Assembly: GCA_000697335.1 (NCBI GenBank)
Contig: JNEM01011261.1
Location: forward strand, 1-56,152
Source of the DNA: Conidiobolus incongruus B7586
Lineage: Eukaryota
DNA length: 56,152 bases
Reading direction: 5' to 3'
Under the pieces are notes generated by a model. That model did no database searches. It had not been told where the DNA came from and worked only from the letters and a program-made list of their open reading frames with translations. Within the stretch, counting starts at the first letter, position 1; each line of letters begins with the position of its first letter. The position numbers were made by a program, and so were the translations under genes. This document shows positions 52,721 to 56,152 of the stretch, piece after piece.

Positions 52721-55573
52721 ATTTGATCAAAATTATTTTCGAATTTCAATAAGTATTAGTGTCTAAAAAATTGTATAGTAGCTACAAATATATACAGTAT
52801 CCATGTTTCATTTATAAAATACAGAGTAAACAATTTCAAATTAATAAAATATGCTTAATTGATTTTATATTATCAAAGGATCATACTTTTTTTATAATGA
52901 GTCTTGTACAAAATTAGATATTTTTATAAGGTAATATCCAACGATATCTTTTATCAATGATATCATTATATATAATGGAATATTTTCGGAGTCAATAATT
53001 TTTTAGTTTTAATAAATTACACGAAGTGAATATTGCTTTTTTCATACTTTATTGTTGAAATTATATAAAAAATTGATCTTCAAAATTGATCTCCATGTTA
53101 CTAAAATTATATGTATTATTGTTCTATATAATACTATTAATTTATTAAATATAAAGTCAAATGAAAATAGTCCAAGTTTGAAATAATCTGTAATAGAAAT
53201 AGATTTGATATTAATTGTATTTATCAAAATTACTAATTGGGTTGTTTCATTTTCTATCATCAAAATTATAAATCCATTTGCTTTTCCTTTAAAATTTCAT
53301 TGAATGGCCTAATTTGATCTACCTAACTAGTCAAGAAATATCTGGACCTAAATATCTTTTGGCATGTGTAGCTTGTCTTAAAAGTAATAAATACTTTGGA
53401 CAATTTTTTATTATTTCATTAGCATAATGTAAATTTAAATTAAAAATTTGTAAATGTAAAAATTATCATTGAATATTAAAATTGATTTTGAAAATTCTTG
53501 CTTATGATATTGTTTTATTAAACCTAAATTTTTTATATTTTATGTGCGATATTTTGTTACTATTTGCTGTTGAGCCTGAGTTTACATATCTGATGAATTT
53601 ATCCTTTCTGTTGCAATGATTATTTACTTTACTGATATTAATGAATTAATATTGAATTACTCAATAAATTTATTATGAATTTTGCTAATTCATTTATTAT
53701 TACAATTGCATTAAAAATAGGGTAATTATTAAGTTGTGGAGAATATCATCTATATAATTCTGTGAGAGATGAAATAATTGCAAAAGCAATGATGGAAGAT
53801 AAAAATGAAATCATGATTCGATTCAAATAAATTGAATAAATAATGCAAAGAAAAATTCGAGATATTTGACTTGGTGTGATTGACTCATTAACAGTGTACA
53901 GAGAATGTATCGATAATATCATATTGTAACTTGGATTTATATGAATTTTATCATTTCGAAAAATTTTTTGAATATAGATGTATCTTATGTATGTAAAATA
54001 TATATTTTATCCAATTCATCCAGTTATTCAGTTGGTAAATAGTATTAAGTTACATCATCTCAGTTATTTTTAATTTTAAATACATTCATTTACAATAATT
54101 TTCTCAAAATTTAAAGAGTAAAATTAAATAAGGTTTTATGTGCTTAGTTTATCTATTTAAATTAAATAATATTAATAACAAGAAATGATCAAGTATATAT
54201 CAAAATAATTTTATATTGGAGAATTATTAACTCAAGATCAGTGTTCATTCTACTAATCTTGCATGGATGTTTATATACTATAAATAAATGATCATTTGAA
54301 GGTGAAATGTATTGGTGTCAAGGACACATGGATTTTATATAACGTATTGTGATTGAGTATTTATATATTTCTTATTTGATAATCATGTTTTTTATCAATT
54401 TTAAATTACAAATCGTTTATTATATATGGAAATTCTAACAATATTTCAAGAAAATTGACTTGATAATTTGATTATTAGAATAAAATTAAAGTGTATAAAT
54501 TTAGCTAAAATAGAAATATATCAAAATCAACTTAAAAATTATAAAATGATCAATTATAATAGCTTACATTTCATATTATATTCATAATTATTTATTAATC
54601 ATTAAAAGATTATCTGCTGGCTGGATCAATTTCTTATGTTTAAAAATTTTATATTTTATTATAATTGTTATATTATGACAAACTTTACTTTTATTTAGGG
54701 ACACGTTGCAATATCTTATTATGTATTTTAAAAAAATTAAAATAATTAAAATCTTGTAGTAAAACTTGTATTATCCTTTATATTATGAATATATATTACT
54801 ATTTAATTTAATTATTAATAATAATACCTTCAAAGATAATTATTGAAATTATCAAAAACTTTATATTAAAATTTCATAATTTTGATATATATATATATAT
54901 ATTTTTAATAATTATAATTATTGTTTAAATTTTGATTATATAAATTTTTCCCAATTAATGAATATTTTAAAGTAATATCATCAAGATATATATTAGCCCA
55001 CAAAAGTAAGTCATAAAATTAAAAATATAAATATTTTTATTAATATCTTAATTAGTTTTAACTTAAATCAACTTATTTTAAACTATGTAATTAATTTATA
55101 TTTTTTATTTATAATATAATATATAAAGTTAAATTTAATTAACTATTAATTGATATATTAAAACTAAAAGTATTCTTAAAATGAGTTATAAATTTGTAGG
55201 TTTTAGTGTTGATAAAAAAATTAATATCTAGTATATCTAACTTTTGTTTTTTTAACCTCTTTAAGTTTATAAGATATAAAGTTAATTAGCTTCTTATATT
55301 AAGTAAGATTAATATTATTTTGAGTTTTTTAAATATATTTTTAAATTGATTTAAGTTTTTTATTAAGGGAAAGTTTTAATTAATTTTTTTAATTAATCTA
55401 AAAAATAATTAATTAGGTTAAAATTAAAAGAATGAGGAAGTTATTTTATAATATTTATTTTGTTATTTTTAAGCCATTTAATAATAAAATTTATAATATA
55501 ATAAAAGGCATTATTATGTTAGAAAATAATGTTTGATTTATTTAACTTATCCATTTAATAGTTTTTTTAATTT

Positions 55574-55971
55574 TATAATCATAGTGGCAAATACCAATAT
55601 AATATAGAGGAAAACTTAATATAAGAGTAATGTGACACAGAATATGGTACTATAATGTGGTTATAGTGTGCAAATGTAAATAAAGTTTAATTAAGCTTCA
55701 AACTGGGATGAGTCACCAATATATTAAGATTTATATTAGATAGTGCTAATATATTATAATATTGATAGGATGTAGTCTTAATCTTAGAAATAATAAAAAA
55801 GATAAGAAATAATAAGAATTGAGAGGAAAAAGAAGAACCTAGTTTATTAGATAATTCAATGTTATTTATATAATTAATTTAATTATAAAAGTATAAACTA
55901 ATCATATAATTAATAGTTAATTGAATTAGATGAAAATATATATAAGAATTTAGAGAACTAGTCTCTTAACA
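55574..55971. mobile_element. Solo LTR, family B, internally deleted (398 bp), 5-bp TSD AATTT
   Basis: Aligns with 32268-32648 joined to 33202-33221. AATTT at 55569-55573 and 55972-55976. Terminal TG mutated to TA. Confidence 0.85.
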
Positions 55972-56152
55972 AATTTATTATTTAAAATACTTTAATATAT
56001 CTTAATATTAATTCTTTTATCAACCTCAATAAAGATATATTATATCTAAAGATAATATATATCCTTAAATTATAATTAACCTATTATTATATTTTTAAGT
56101 TATAATAATATAGTTGTCATAAAGTAATTCTTTATCTTTTTTGAAAAATTTA

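Overview
AT-rich eukaryotic genomic DNA with short (mostly ~50 nt) GT-AG introns, most likely from an early-diverging fungus (inferred Entomophthoromycotina/Conidiobolus-like). Apparently intact genes: an OSR1/SPAK-like Ste20 kinase, a cytochrome P450, RPL9, an ankyrin protein with a PP1-docking RVxF motif, tRNA-Leu(UAA), two paralogous small membrane proteins, an Opy2-like membrane protein and a HAD-IB phosphatase. Pseudogenes: a second P450, a GH18 chitinase, three 7TM/GPCR-like relics and a second HAD phosphatase. Mobile DNA: a degenerate chromodomain-bearing Ty3/Gypsy element, two solo LTRs with 5-bp TSDs, and a ~1.15-kb AT-rich repeat family. The repeats show near-total CpG loss and wider C>T/G>A hypermutation, while genes and gene-derived pseudogenes keep CpG. 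The most unexplained feature is a ~355-nt GC-richer, extensively base-paired candidate ncRNA at 45077-45432. All calls are from reading the sequence by eye; no searches or folding programs were run.
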